Source: a virus
Lineage: Duplodnaviria > Caudoviricetes
DNA length: 51,129 nucleotides
Reading direction: 5' to 3' (one strand)
IMG/VR virus record: IMGVR_UViG_3300007965_000005
Span: 1 to 51,129 of that record
The notes beneath the pieces are model-generated. The model had not been told where the DNA came from. It did not search any database and saw only the letters and a list, made by a program, of their open reading frames with translations. Each line of letters begins with the position of its first letter. The stretch's first letter is position 1. A program made the position numbers and the translations under genes. Positions 18,571 to 28,468 of this stretch are shown one piece after another.

Positions 18571-20027
18571 CCAGCCTCAAACACATTGCGATTCGCTGGC
18601 TGCCCCCCGTTCTTGTTCCGAAGGCATGGGGGTCTCCGTTCGAGGCAGCCAACTGGTCGCCCCGCCGTGGCAGTGTGCCGGGAGCATCGCCCACCGATGC
18701 CCGCAACGAACTCACGCCGAGTGTCCGCAGTGAGCTGGTTCGCAAGTCGCGCTACCTCCACAAGAACAGCGGCTTCATGCGCGAACTGGTCGCCAACATG
18801 GCGATCTACTCGACCGGCGATGGTATCCGCGTCCAGGCGCAATCGCCCCAACCAGAATGGAATCGTGCCGCCGAAGCCTACTTCGCGTTGTGGTCGGCCC
18901 GCTGCGAGGTGACGCGCCGGTTTTCGTTCGAGGAATGCCAGGCGCTCGTCTGCCGGGGCATGGACATCGACGGCGAATACTTCATCCACAAAACCCGCGA
19001 TGCCGAGGGAGAGCCGCGCATCCAGTTGATCGAATCGCACCGCATCGGTGATGAGTTCGGATCGAGGGATACCATCGACGGCGTTGGTCTCGACGCGTGG
19101 GGCGCACCGATCTTCTACCGAGTGCTGGAAGACCATGGCAAAGGGCGCGATCTCCCGGCCGAGGCCATCCTGCACATCCACGAACCGGAATGGGCGGGCG
19201 GCGTGCGCTCCCACCCGACGATCCAGCATTCCATCAACCACGTTCTCGACGAAATGGAATTGCTGGCTCTGGAGAAGCACGCGGTGAAGGACAATGCCGA
19301 CGTGTCCCGCATCCTGAAAACCGCTCGTGGCGAGATCGACGACAACGGCGACTTCGTGGTCGGCGGCGCGCCTGGCAGTGGAGAACCCAGCGACCCCGTT
19401 TCACTCCAGAAAATCGTCGGCGGCAAACTTGTGGCGCTGAAACCCGACGAATCGCTCGACAGTTTCCAGAGCAATCGCCCGTCGCCAACCTTCACCGGAT
19501 TCCTCGAACACCTGCGGCGTGATTCCGCCCTCGGCATGATCCCCTTCGAGTTCGCGGCGGATTCGAGCAAGGTCGGCGGTGCGGGTGTGCGCTTGGTCGT
19601 CGCCAAGGCGGATCGGCGGTTCTCATTCCGGCAGATGATTCTCGAACGCCGCCTGATCCGACCCGTGTGGACGTACGTCATCGGCGATGCGATTGAGCGT
19701 GGCATTCTCTCGCCCACCGAAGGTTGGTGGAAAATCTGCACCGTGCCACCCAAGCGGGTCACGGTGGATGCCGGACGTGAAGCCCAACAGAACCGCGCCG
19801 ACGTGGAGATGGGACTCAAGACGCTATCAGATCACTTTCAGGAACTCGGTGCCGACTTCGGTGAGGAGATCGAACGGCGTGCCAGTGACGCGAAGCTCAT
19901 CCTCGAAACCGCGGAGAAACACGGCGTGCCCGTCGAGATGCTGTGGAAACCCTCCGGCGCTGCGTTGACACAGCCATCCGGGCGTGAGTCCGGTAATTCA
20001 ACATCGCGAGTGGCTGATCCAGCCTGA
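18567..20027 (+). CDS. Portal protein, lambda family
   Basis: LVRKSRYLHKN, DGEYF, IQLIESHRI, GVGLDAWGAPIFY; synteny. Confidence 0.92.
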   Translation: MTSLKHIAIRWLPPVLVPKAWGSPFEAANWSPRRGSVPGASPTDARNELTPSVRSELVRKSRYLHKNSGFMRELVANMAIYSTGDGIRVQAQSPQPEWNRAAEAYFALWSARCEVTRRFSFEECQALVCRGMDIDGEYFIHKTRDAEGEPRIQLIESHRIGDEFGSRDTIDGVGLDAWGAPIFYRVLEDHGKGRDLPAEAILHIHEPEWAGGVRSHPTIQHSINHVLDEMELLALEKHAVKDNADVSRILKTARGEIDDNGDFVVGGAPGSGEPSDPVSLQKIVGGKLVALKPDESLDSFQSNRPSPTFTGFLEHLRRDSALGMIPFEFAADSSKVGGAGVRLVVAKADRRFSFRQMILERRLIRPVWTYVIGDAIERGILSPTEGWWKICTVPPKRVTVDAGREAQQNRADVEMGLKTLSDHFQELGADFGEEIERRASDAKLILETAEKHGVPVEMLWKPSGAALTQPSGRESGNSTSRVADPA

Positions 20028-21267
20028 AGCGCTGCAATCCATGGCTTCGTCCCTGCGGGGACTGGTGGATCGCGGCGGGATGCTTCCCAAGCAGGCGTCC
20101 GAAAATCCTCTGCTTGCCGTCGAGGACGGCGTCGGAGTGATTGCCATCGAGGGGCCGATTCTTCGCAAACCCGATTTGTTCGCCCGCATCTTTTTCGGTG
20201 CCACCAGTTCCGAAGACATCGGCGATGCGATTCGCGAGGCCGCGGGACGCGACGACATCAAGGCGGTGTTCCTCAACATCGACTCGCCTGGTGGAACGGT
20301 GGCCGGCACGCCGGAACTGGCGAATGCCGTCGCTGCCCTCGACAAGAAGAAGCCGGTCTATGCTTTCTCGTCGGGCCTCATGTGCTCCGCTGCCTATTGG
20401 GTGGCAAGCCAAGCCCGCGCCATCTACGCCACGCCCTCCGCACAGGTCGGCTCCATCGGCGTGGTGCAAGCGGTTGTCGATAATTCCGCCGCCCTCGATA
20501 AGGCGGGCATCAAGGTCGAGGTCTTCTCCGTCGGCAAATACAAGGCGATGGGCGCACCCGGCACGCCGCTCACCGACGACCAGCGCGAACTCATTTCCTC
20601 CAATCTCGCGGAAATCGCCCGCGACTTCCATGCGGCGGTGCTGGCAAAGAAACGTGCGATCTCCGCCGAAGCCATGGAAGGCCAGACCTTCAGTGGCAAG
20701 CAGGCACAGCGCCACAACCTCGCGGGAATGGTGACGGATCGCGCCGAAGCGATGCGCCGCCTGCGGGTCTATTACGCGTCGGTTGACACCGGATCACGGG
20801 CAATGGACACCACCATCGAAGACGAACTCGCCCAGGCCCGCACCGATTTCGCCAATCTCCAGCGGGACCACCAAGCCCAGGCCGACCTTCTCAGTGAGGA
20901 GTCAGCCGCCGTCACCTCCCTGCGCGGCGAGGTCGAAACCCTCTCGGCTCAACTCGACACGCTCACCGGCGAACGTGATGCGGCGAACGGACAGGTCACT
21001 GCATTGCAAACCCGAGTCACCGAACTCCAAGCATCGCAAGCCGACTTCGACCGGAAGGTTCAGACCGAGGTCGCCCGTGTCGTCGCCTCCACCGGCACCA
21101 CGATGCCCGCCCGTGTCACTCCTGCCGGGGATAACCAGGAGACCGTCACCCAAGCCACTTCGCTTCAAGACCTCGTCGCCGAATACACGCGGCTCGTGGA
21201 CGCCAACAAGCCCGAAGAAGCCGCCGCCTTCTATCACCAACACCTCTCCACCCACTTCAACCGCTAA
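19984..21267 (+). CDS. S49 capsid maturation protease with C-terminal scaffold region
   Basis: IDSPGG, CSAAYWVAS, VGSIGV, GKYK. Confidence 0.92.
   Translation: MSPVIQHREWLIQPEALQSMASSLRGLVDRGGMLPKQASENPLLAVEDGVGVIAIEGPILRKPDLFARIFFGATSSEDIGDAIREAAGRDDIKAVFLNIDSPGGTVAGTPELANAVAALDKKKPVYAFSSGLMCSAAYWVASQARAIYATPSAQVGSIGVVQAVVDNSAALDKAGIKVEVFSVGKYKAMGAPGTPLTDDQRELISSNLAEIARDFHAAVLAKKRAISAEAMEGQTFSGKQAQRHNLAGMVTDRAEAMRRLRVYYASVDTGSRAMDTTIEDELAQARTDFANLQRDHQAQADLLSEESAAVTSLRGEVETLSAQLDTLTGERDAANGQVTALQTRVTELQASQADFDRKVQTEVARVVASTGTTMPARVTPAGDNQETVTQATSLQDLVAEYTRLVDANKPEEAAAFYHQHLSTHFNR
20803..21267 (+). CDS. Nested in-frame scaffolding protein (lambda Nu3-like)
   Basis: Internal in-frame ATG preceded by GTTGACAC motif; coiled-coil sequence. 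Confidence 0.65.
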   Translation: MDTTIEDELAQARTDFANLQRDHQAQADLLSEESAAVTSLRGEVETLSAQLDTLTGERDAANGQVTALQTRVTELQASQADFDRKVQTEVARVVASTGTTMPARVTPAGDNQETVTQATSLQDLVAEYTRLVDANKPEEAAAFYHQHLSTHFNR

Positions 21268-21273
21268 TCCGCC

Positions 21274-22170
21274 ATGTCCAACAGCAACGCCACCGTCAAT
21301 TCTCCGCTGATCGCCCAAACGGCGCTCACCACCCTGCTCGCGAAGTTCCCGATCCTGAGCCGCATTGCCACGGACTTCTCGTCCGCGAGCGTGAAGTTCA
21401 ATCAGGACATCGTCACTCACATCGTGACGCCCACCGTCGCGCATGAATTCGATCCCGCCACCGGCTACGTCCCCGACGACCAGGCGCAGGTCGATGTCAC
21501 GGTGAAGATCGACAAGCACGCATACGCTGGCTACGCGATCACCGACGTCGAACGCTCCACCAGCGAGATCGACCTCAACCAGCGCTATGCAGACAAGGTG
21601 GCGTATGCGCTTGGCCGAAAAGTCAGCGATGACCTCATGGCGCTCATCGTGAACGCCAACTTCAACAACAAGTCCGAAGTGGCCGCCGTGGATTTCGGCC
21701 GAGACGACGTGGTGGACATCGGCACCAAGCTCAACAAGCGCTTCATTCCCGACATGGGACGCTTCATGTTCGTCAACTCGGACTACTACAACTCGCTGCA
21801 AAAGGACGAGGCTCTCTACAAGGCCTACATCACCCCGCAGGCGGGCAACGTCGTGGTTTCCGGAATGCTGCCCGACGTGAACGGGTTCGCCGTGATCGAA
21901 TACTCGGCTCTGCCCGAGAACGCCGAACGCCTGGTCGGTTTCGCCGGCATCCGCGAGTCCCTCATCATGGCCGCCCGCGTGCCGGACGTGCCAGCCAACA
22001 CCGGCGACACCGTGATCCGCGTCGTCACCGACCCGCGCACCGGTCTTTCGATGCAGGTTCGCGACCGTTACGACGGCCGCCTCGGCAAGCAGGAAGTCAG
22101 CTTCACCCTGATGTATGGCTTCGCTCCAGGCAACAAGCCGATGTTGGAGCGCATTACCCGCCCGGTGTAA
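21274..22170 (+). CDS. Major capsid protein
   Basis: 298 aa after protease/scaffold; P22-coat-like features; followed by terminator. Confidence 0.8.
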   Translation: MSNSNATVNSPLIAQTALTTLLAKFPILSRIATDFSSASVKFNQDIVTHIVTPTVAHEFDPATGYVPDDQAQVDVTVKIDKHAYAGYAITDVERSTSEIDLNQRYADKVAYALGRKVSDDLMALIVNANFNNKSEVAAVDFGRDDVVDIGTKLNKRFIPDMGRFMFVNSDYYNSLQKDEALYKAYITPQAGNVVVSGMLPDVNGFAVIEYSALPENAERLVGFAGIRESLIMAARVPDVPANTGDTVIRVVTDPRTGLSMQVRDRYDGRLGKQEVSFTLMYGFAPGNKPMLERITRPV

Positions 22171-22196
22171 TACTTTGGTATATTGGGGTTCATGGG

Positions 22197-22235
22197 ACGC
22201 CCTCTCCGGGAAACTGGAGGGGGTGTTGCATTTTT
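22197..22235 (+). terminator. Intrinsic terminator after capsid gene
   Basis: ACGCCCTCTCCGG-GAAA-CTGGAGGGGGTGT followed by TGCATTTTT. Confidence 0.65.
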
Positions 22236-22252
22236 GACAGCATCCCACGGGC

Positions 22253-22564
22253 ATGAGTCTCGAATCGGAAATCCTCGCCGACCTCAATCAGCTTCTCACC
22301 GAGCATGGTGTCCAGGCGCGTTGGAAGGGCGTCCATTTGCTCGTGCTCGTCAGCCGCGTGCGCAACGACCAGCAGATCGACATGGGCGGATTCGTCGAGT
22401 CGCCGGATCTGAGCCTCAGAGTGCCGAAGCTCGCATTTCCGGGAGCCCTGCCGAAGTTCGGCGAACGCATCGAAGTGGACGGCACCGAATACCGGATCGC
22501 CAAGGTGGGCAACCATCCACGCTCGCCTGTCCTCACCCTCAGCCTGACCTCCACCGATGAGTGA
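22253..22564 (+). CDS. Head closure protein (gpFII-like)
   Basis: Size, position, PKFGERIEVDGTEYRI. Confidence 0.65.
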   Translation: MSLESEILADLNQLLTEHGVQARWKGVHLLVLVSRVRNDQQIDMGGFVESPDLSLRVPKLAFPGALPKFGERIEVDGTEYRIAKVGNHPRSPVLTLSLTSTDE

Positions 22565-23345
22565 TGCCGTTCGCTTTACCGCCAAGCTCAAGGGAGCATC
22601 CGACGTCGCACGCCTGCTGCGCCGCTACCCGGAAAAAGTAGGACGGACTCTTCTGTCCTTGGTGAAACAGGAAGCGCGTGGCCTGGCGGTGGAACTCGCA
22701 CGCAACACCCGCCCATTCGGATTTTCCGCGAAAGCGAAGAAGACCGGAGAGGACGCAGTGGCCAAGGACATCGGCGGCGTGTTTGCACTGCCATCGGACG
22801 CCTTCGAGGAAATCCGCAAGTCGAACCCGGCCGCCGCTGACCGCTTCTGGGCTAACATCCAGAACCGGAGATTTACACGAGCCGAAAACAACCTGCGTCA
22901 GACAAGTTCCGGCTGGAAGGATCTGTCGGTCGGCCGCCTCGATCCGAAACTCCACAAGTGGGGACAGCTTGGCGCGGCCAAGCCAAAGCAGATCGTCACA
23001 AGCGCGAAGGCTCGCGACACTTACATCGCCCGCATCCAGAAGCGGGTTGGCTTCGCCAAGGGATCGTGGATCAACGCGGGCAAGTCCATTGGCGGGCGGA
23101 TTCGTGGAGCCGTCCAATGGGCCACCCGGCACAAGCAGGCTCCCGGATCGGCCACGATTAAAACCGGCGACAGCCCTGCCGTCACGCTGGTCAACAAGCT
23201 CGACTACATCGACGACGTAACAACCTACAAGGGCATCCAGCTCGCACTTCAAGTGGCGCAAGGTCGCCTGCGCAAGGCGCTGGCCACATCGCTGCGCAAG
23301 ATCAACGACAACGCGAACCGGTCACTTCGCCGCCGTTCCGGTTGA
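22557..23345 (+). CDS. Basic neck/tail-completion protein
   Basis: Position; Arg/Lys rich. Confidence 0.5.
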   Translation: MSDAVRFTAKLKGASDVARLLRRYPEKVGRTLLSLVKQEARGLAVELARNTRPFGFSAKAKKTGEDAVAKDIGGVFALPSDAFEEIRKSNPAAADRFWANIQNRRFTRAENNLRQTSSGWKDLSVGRLDPKLHKWGQLGAAKPKQIVTSAKARDTYIARIQKRVGFAKGSWINAGKSIGGRIRGAVQWATRHKQAPGSATIKTGDSPAVTLVNKLDYIDDVTTYKGIQLALQVAQGRLRKALATSLRKINDNANRSLRRRSG

Positions 23346-23363
23346 CGACCGATTCCAAGCAAG

Positions 23364-23789
23364 ATGCCCAACCTTATCGAAGATCGTCTTTCGTCACTTC
23401 TTGCGGAGTGGATCGACAGCCACCGTCCCGAGGGATTCCCTGAGTCCATCCCAGTTCACGTCGCCCGCCGTGATGAAATCCGCACACGTCCATGTGTCGT
23501 GATCAACCCGGCGGAATCCAAGCCGATACCCGGCATGCCGCATACCGCCCGGCTGAAACTCGACGTGCATCTGTTTTCCCAAGTGGACGACACGCCAGCC
23601 GACGACCACGCCGAGTGGTCGGGCAAGCTCGTCACACTGCTGCGCGGCAAGGCGGCGATCCAGTCCGACCTCGATTCAGAATCCTTCGTGCTCCATGACC
23701 TGATCGAACGCGAAAGCACCACCACGCCCGACGAGTCCCGCGGCCGTGAAACCGTGCTCTCCTACGAGGCCGTCGTCTCCGCAGTCTGA
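23364..23789 (+). CDS. Tail terminator-like protein
   Basis: 141 aa, acidic, before tail tube. Confidence 0.55.
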   Translation: MPNLIEDRLSSLLAEWIDSHRPEGFPESIPVHVARRDEIRTRPCVVINPAESKPIPGMPHTARLKLDVHLFSQVDDTPADDHAEWSGKLVTLLRGKAAIQSDLDSESFVLHDLIERESTTTPDESRGRETVLSYEAVVSAV

Positions 23790-23816
23790 TCCGGTTGACA
23801 CGCAGAACGCGGTCAA

Positions 23817-24200
23817 ATGGCCGCGACATTCCTTGGCACGACTGGCAACTGGGGCATCCCCCAGGACGAAGCTGGCATCATCATCACCGACCTTTCCTTC
23901 GACTACTCCAACCAGGAGAAAGTTGTTCTGGATAAGGGCGGCGAAATCATCGGTCTCGCGCTCTATCAGGAGAAGGCCGAGATCAAGCTCTCCGGACTGG
24001 TGAAGAAAACCGGCCCGTTCGCTGGCAAGATCGGTGCGGCCCTCGCCCTCACCAACGCAGTCCCCGCCCACATGCAGGCGAGCGGTGGCACCACGATCAT
24101 CAAACAGATCAGCCGCTCCCTCAACAACGAGGACTTCGAGAAGATCGACATCACCGCTACCAACTACCCGCTGGTTGTTTCCGGTGGTGGTGGGGCGTGA
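23817..24200 (+). CDS. Putative major tail (tube) protein
   Basis: Beta-rich, Gly/Thr rich, position. Confidence 0.55.
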   Translation: MAATFLGTTGNWGIPQDEAGIIITDLSFDYSNQEKVVLDKGGEIIGLALYQEKAEIKLSGLVKKTGPFAGKIGAALALTNAVPAHMQASGGTTIIKQISRSLNNEDFEKIDITATNYPLVVSGGGGA

Positions 24201-24229
24201 ACCAACCCTTTCCAACCTGAGATACCGAT

Positions 24230-24631
24230 ATGAACGCCATCACCCACATTTCATCCACCGCCACCAGCAACACCTGCCTTGCCGCCGCATTGACGGCCGT
24301 GGGCATCCCGCTTGCCGAGAAACCGTTTGTCCGCGTCGTCGGCGATGGCATCCGTGGCGAGCGCACCGTTTGGTTCTTCGAACCCCAGAGCGCCGACAAC
24401 CAGTTCCAGACCAAGGAACTCATCGAGGCATGGAACGACGAAGCCTGGCACCTTGCCAACCCGGAGCATCCGTTCGCCTACATCAAAGCCGCGCTCATGA
24501 ACCGCCAGCGACTGGTGGACAAGGTGAAGCAGGACGTGCCGCTCGCCTGCGTGAAGCGCCGGGGGAAAATCGCTTTCATCCCGCTCGATGCCTCGCCTGC
24601 CACTGAAGACCTGTTCCTCCGCCACCTCTGA
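24230..24631 (+). CDS. Phage hypothetical protein
   Basis: Clean ORF in tail operon. Confidence 0.65.
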   Translation: MNAITHISSTATSNTCLAAALTAVGIPLAEKPFVRVVGDGIRGERTVWFFEPQSADNQFQTKELIEAWNDEAWHLANPEHPFAYIKAALMNRQRLVDKVKQDVPLACVKRRGKIAFIPLDASPATEDLFLRHL

Positions 24632-24667
24632 GAAAAACGTCTAGCCCCCTAGAAAAATCTGAATTCC

Positions 24668-25087
24668 ATGAACGACACCGAACGCCAGAATCTTCTATCA
24701 ACCGCCTTCCACGAAGCGGAAACCATCGTCGGCGGCCACGCCATGCGTCCGCTCAATCTGGCCAGCTACGACGTGCTGCTCCGCACCGGCAACCCGCTTG
24801 TGAAGGGGGAAATGCCCGCTGACGGAACTCCCGAATATACATCCTCGATCATGGGATTTGTTTTCGCCCATTGCGCCCCGTGGCCTGAGGTGGTGCGGGC
24901 GTCGTTCAACGACCAGACTTTCCGCGAAGCCGCTTTGATCTTCTGCGGCAACCTCACCCCGGCCGATTTCCAAACCGCGTTCAAGCGCCTGTTGGAACAA
25001 AGCCGGGATTTGGAGGCGGCCCAGGTCGAAACCATGGGGGACATCGGCGGAAAAAAGCCCATCCCTGCGACGAACCCGGTTTCCTAG
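24668..25087 (+). CDS. Tail assembly chaperone (G-like)
   Basis: Upstream of tape measure; slippery A AAA AAG at 25051-25057. Confidence 0.75.
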   Translation: MNDTERQNLLSTAFHEAETIVGGHAMRPLNLASYDVLLRTGNPLVKGEMPADGTPEYTSSIMGFVFAHCAPWPEVVRASFNDQTFREAALIFCGNLTPADFQTAFKRLLEQSRDLEAAQVETMGDIGGKKPIPATNPVS

Positions 25088-25311
25088 CCGCCCAGGTGTT
25101 CGCCGTGGCTGCCGAAACCGGTTGGTCCGAGGAGCGGATCCTGTTCATGCCGCTTGCGAGACTGGCGCAATACCAACACTGCCTGTTGCGGCGAAACGGG
25201 GTTCGGACAAACTGGAGCCAATCGAACACGGACGGCCTGGCTCTTGGGGACCAACTTGCGTTGCTTCGCATTCAGTGGAGTGAGTCGGTTGACGCTGATG
25301 CAGGATCATGA
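25051..25311 (+). CDS. -1 frameshift extension of tail chaperone (GT-like)
   Basis: -1 frame open from slippery site to TGA at 25311. Confidence 0.7.
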   Translation, partial: KKAHPCDEPGFLAAQVFAVAAETGWSEERILFMPLARLAQYQHCLLRRNGVRTNWSQSNTDGLALGDQLALLRIQWSESVDADAGS

Positions 25312-27068
25312 GCGCCTTGACCGTCACTCTTGGAGCCGACATCACCGCATTGAAGCGGGCGATGGCCGGTGCGACGGAACTCGTTGGAGCGTCCGCCCGA
25401 AAAATGGGTCGCTTGTCGGGTGCGGGGCTGGCGGGACTTGGTAAAGGTGGCGCGGCGGCACTCAGCAAGGGGTTTTCGGTCGCTGGCGTGGCCTTGAAAG
25501 CGGGTATCGGAACAGCGCTTGCGGGCGGCGCGGCGGCGATGGGTGTCGGGGTGAAGGCGGTCAACGCGGCCGCAGACTTCGAGCAGACCAAGGTCGCGTT
25601 CTCCACATTGATCGGTGATGCCGCCAAGGCGGAGGAAACGCTCGCCAAACTTCGCAAACTCGGCGCGGAAACACCGTTCGAGTTTCCCGAACTGGCCGAT
25701 GCCGGCCGCAAGCTCATCGCCTTCGGGGAGAATGCGGACACCGTGCCCGAAACTCTGCGACGCATTGGCGACGTTTCTGCGGGCATTCAGGCTCCGGTCA
25801 ACGAGATCGCTGAACTCTACGGCAAGGCGCGTGTGCAGGGGCGGCTCTTCGCTGAGGACATCAACCAGCTCACCGGGCGCGGCATTCCGATCATCGGGGA
25901 GTTGGCGAAGCAGTTCGGCGTGTCGGATTCCGAGGTGAAGAAGCTCGTTGAATCAGGGCAGGTCGGATTCCCGGCCATCGAACAGGCATTCATTTCATTG
26001 ACCTCGGAGGGCGGCAAGTTCTCCGGGATGATGGAAGCGCAGAGCAAGACGACATCGGGTCTCTTCTCCACGCTCAAGGACACGATCAACGAGGTATTCC
26101 TCACGCTCGGCACGCCAATCAATGATGCGATCCGTCCGCTGGTCGAACAGGCGATTGGTCTGGTGCAAAAGCTGGCACCGCTGGCGGCAGAGGCGGGCAA
26201 GCGGGTCAAGGACGCGGTCATGTTCGTCATCGCCGCATTCAAGAGCGGCCAACTGCTCGACCTGGTGACTTCCGGCTTAAAGCTCGCATTCGCGATGGGC
26301 GTGAACGCGCTGGTGAACGGCTTCCGCGTCGCCATCGAGTTCTTCTGGAACCTGATCACCGACGGGGCGATGTGGAAGAGTCTCGGCACTACGTTGCTCG
26401 GTCTGGTGGCCGGTTTCGGCGCGGCGTTGCTCAATGCATTCCAAACGCCCATCGTCTATCTGCAGGCGGGCATGGAATGGGTGATCGCCCACTTGCTCAA
26501 GGGCCTGCTCAAGATTCCCGGCATGAGCGAACTGCTCGGCATCGAGGCGCAATACGTGGACACGAATTTTGCGAGCATCTTGAAGGACCGCAAGGAAACC
26601 GGCGCGGAGTTGTTCGGCATGAACTTCAAGGAGATGGCCGAAGAGGCACAAGGACTTCTCGGTAAAGGTGCTCCACAGCTCGGCGAACGGGTGGCGGAAG
26701 CGGCGAGAAAGGCCGGCGATACAACCGGAAGCGAACTCATCGACACCAACGGATTACGGGAGAGCTTCGGCAAGGTGGCGCAGTCGATCCGCGACACGAT
26801 GCCGAAGGCGGATGAAGTCAAGCAGGCGGCTGCCGCTGCGGCGAAGGTGACGAGTGAAAATGCGCCCACGGTCGCAAAGCCTGCCGCATCCACGCTTGCC
26901 CCCATCGTCACTTCGCTCGGCAAGGTGGGTGGCGGTGGATATTCGGCCGGCGCTCTGGACGCCCAGCGGGAAAACAACCGGCTCACCAGCGAAACAAACC
27001 GCCTCCTGCGCGAAATGGGCGAGCGGATGAAACCGGGCACCGGAACCTTAGTTCCCGCATTCGGTTGA
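25308..27068 (+). CDS. Tape measure protein
   Basis: TPFEFPELADAGRKLIAFG, EDINQLTGRGIPI; Ala/Gly rich. Confidence 0.92.
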   Translation: MSALTVTLGADITALKRAMAGATELVGASARKMGRLSGAGLAGLGKGGAAALSKGFSVAGVALKAGIGTALAGGAAAMGVGVKAVNAAADFEQTKVAFSTLIGDAAKAEETLAKLRKLGAETPFEFPELADAGRKLIAFGENADTVPETLRRIGDVSAGIQAPVNEIAELYGKARVQGRLFAEDINQLTGRGIPIIGELAKQFGVSDSEVKKLVESGQVGFPAIEQAFISLTSEGGKFSGMMEAQSKTTSGLFSTLKDTINEVFLTLGTPINDAIRPLVEQAIGLVQKLAPLAAEAGKRVKDAVMFVIAAFKSGQLLDLVTSGLKLAFAMGVNALVNGFRVAIEFFWNLITDGAMWKSLGTTLLGLVAGFGAALLNAFQTPIVYLQAGMEWVIAHLLKGLLKIPGMSELLGIEAQYVDTNFASILKDRKETGAELFGMNFKEMAEEAQGLLGKGAPQLGERVAEAARKAGDTTGSELIDTNGLRESFGKVAQSIRDTMPKADEVKQAAAAAAKVTSENAPTVAKPAASTLAPIVTSLGKVGGGGYSAGALDAQRENNRLTSETNRLLREMGERMKPGTGTLVPAFG

Positions 27069-27086
27069 CGCGACGTCCCGGCCAAG

Positions 27087-27809
27087 ATGCCGAGACACGT
27101 TTCCATCCAACCGGGCAAACTCTATCCGCAGCCGGATTACAGCATCGCCGTGGATCGCGAGGGCAAGTGGACGGCCACCCAAGTCTTCCTCTGCCACCGC
27201 ACCTCGATCACCCAGGTCATGCCGCGTCCGGGGACTCCTCATCCGGACATTCCGTTCATGTGGGTGGATTCCGCGACGGCGCAGGTGTCCGAAGGGGACA
27301 TCGCGCAAATCACCTGCAACTACGCGGGCACCGACAACGCGACGAACGACCCTGCCAAGACCACCTTTTCGCTCGGATTGTCGCTTTCCGAAGAACCGCT
27401 GCTTTCGCACAAGAAGTTCCGCGACCTCAGCGACGAGGAAAAGGAATCATTGCAGGCGATTATCAGCGGCAAGGACAAGGATTCGTCCGGCAGCACTTAC
27501 AAGGACAAGGTGACGAGCGCCCTCGGCAAGAAGGCTCTCGAAAAGATCCTGCGCGGTCAGACTTCCTACTACTCGCCGAAGGTCGTCTGGCGGCAATCCA
27601 CGGTGCGCAGTAGCTCGGCGGCGTCCAGCGACGTGCGCAAGATAGGCCAGATCGACAACCCCGACGGTCGGCAGCCGTCCCTATCAGACGGCCGCACCTG
27701 GTTGCTCAACAGCGTGAGCCAGAGTCAGGAAGGCAACTCCTACCGCATCGAGCGCGAATGGATCTCATCCGACGCGGGCGGGTGGGACGAAGACATCTAC
27801 AACCTCTGA
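27087..27809 (+). CDS. Tail tip protein (distal-tail position)
   Basis: Directly after tape measure; motif-preceded start. Confidence 0.55.
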   Translation: MPRHVSIQPGKLYPQPDYSIAVDREGKWTATQVFLCHRTSITQVMPRPGTPHPDIPFMWVDSATAQVSEGDIAQITCNYAGTDNATNDPAKTTFSLGLSLSEEPLLSHKKFRDLSDEEKESLQAIISGKDKDSSGSTYKDKVTSALGKKALEKILRGQTSYYSPKVVWRQSTVRSSSAASSDVRKIGQIDNPDGRQPSLSDGRTWLLNSVSQSQEGNSYRIEREWISSDAGGWDEDIYNL

Positions 27810-27813
27810 GACC

Positions 27814-28461
27814 ATGCGCCTCCCATCCAAAAAACGTCCCGGCAATCCGATCCTCGCGAAGGACTGGAATCTGATCATCGACGCTCTTGAAGCGCGCACG
27901 CCGCGGCCGGGACCAGGCACCGAGATTGTCTCCTCGTCGGCGGGTTTCACCTTCCGCGTAAAGCCCTCGGCTACGGGCGGCGCGGGTGCCAAGGCAGTTC
28001 CGCTCGCCATCCTTGGATCGCGACCGCCATACATTGCCGCACCGGCGACGCCACCGGATCCAGAATCAACAGGCAAGCGATACTACATCGAGTGGGGGAC
28101 GCTCAACAATCTTGTCGCAGACAACTGGGACGATCAGTTTGTGGTTTCATCGACCACCTACTTCTTTGCCAAGGCCACGCTGCGAACCACTGGCGCGCTA
28201 CTCGTCACATCCTGGGAGATTGTCACTGGATCGGATTACGACTCGCATAAAACGCCAGACTGGGAGGTGGGTGCGAGCCGACCAAACAACGCGGTCGTCC
28301 TGCTCGGCATGGTGTTCGTAAGCGACGGGGCGCACGTCATCTTCCAAGCGGGAGGCGGATCACTGGTCGTGAGCGAGCACGTCACCTCGATCCAACAAGG
28401 TTCTTCGGCAGGTGAAATCCGCATCGGCAAGGAACTCACCTATCAACGCCAAACCTACTGA
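27814..28461 (+). CDS. Putative tail protein
   Basis: Position in operon. Confidence 0.5.
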   Translation: MRLPSKKRPGNPILAKDWNLIIDALEARTPRPGPGTEIVSSSAGFTFRVKPSATGGAGAKAVPLAILGSRPPYIAAPATPPDPESTGKRYYIEWGTLNNLVADNWDDQFVVSSTTYFFAKATLRTTGALLVTSWEIVTGSDYDSHKTPDWEVGASRPNNAVVLLGMVFVSDGAHVIFQAGGGSLVVSEHVTSIQQGSSAGEIRIGKELTYQRQTY

Positions 28462-28468
28462 CAAGGCT

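Noticed and set aside
20902-22287. Long antisense and alternative-frame ORFs (e.g. 20902..22287, 14716..15828, 29165..30229)
   Set aside because: Shadow ORFs of GC-rich genes with clear sense-strand products
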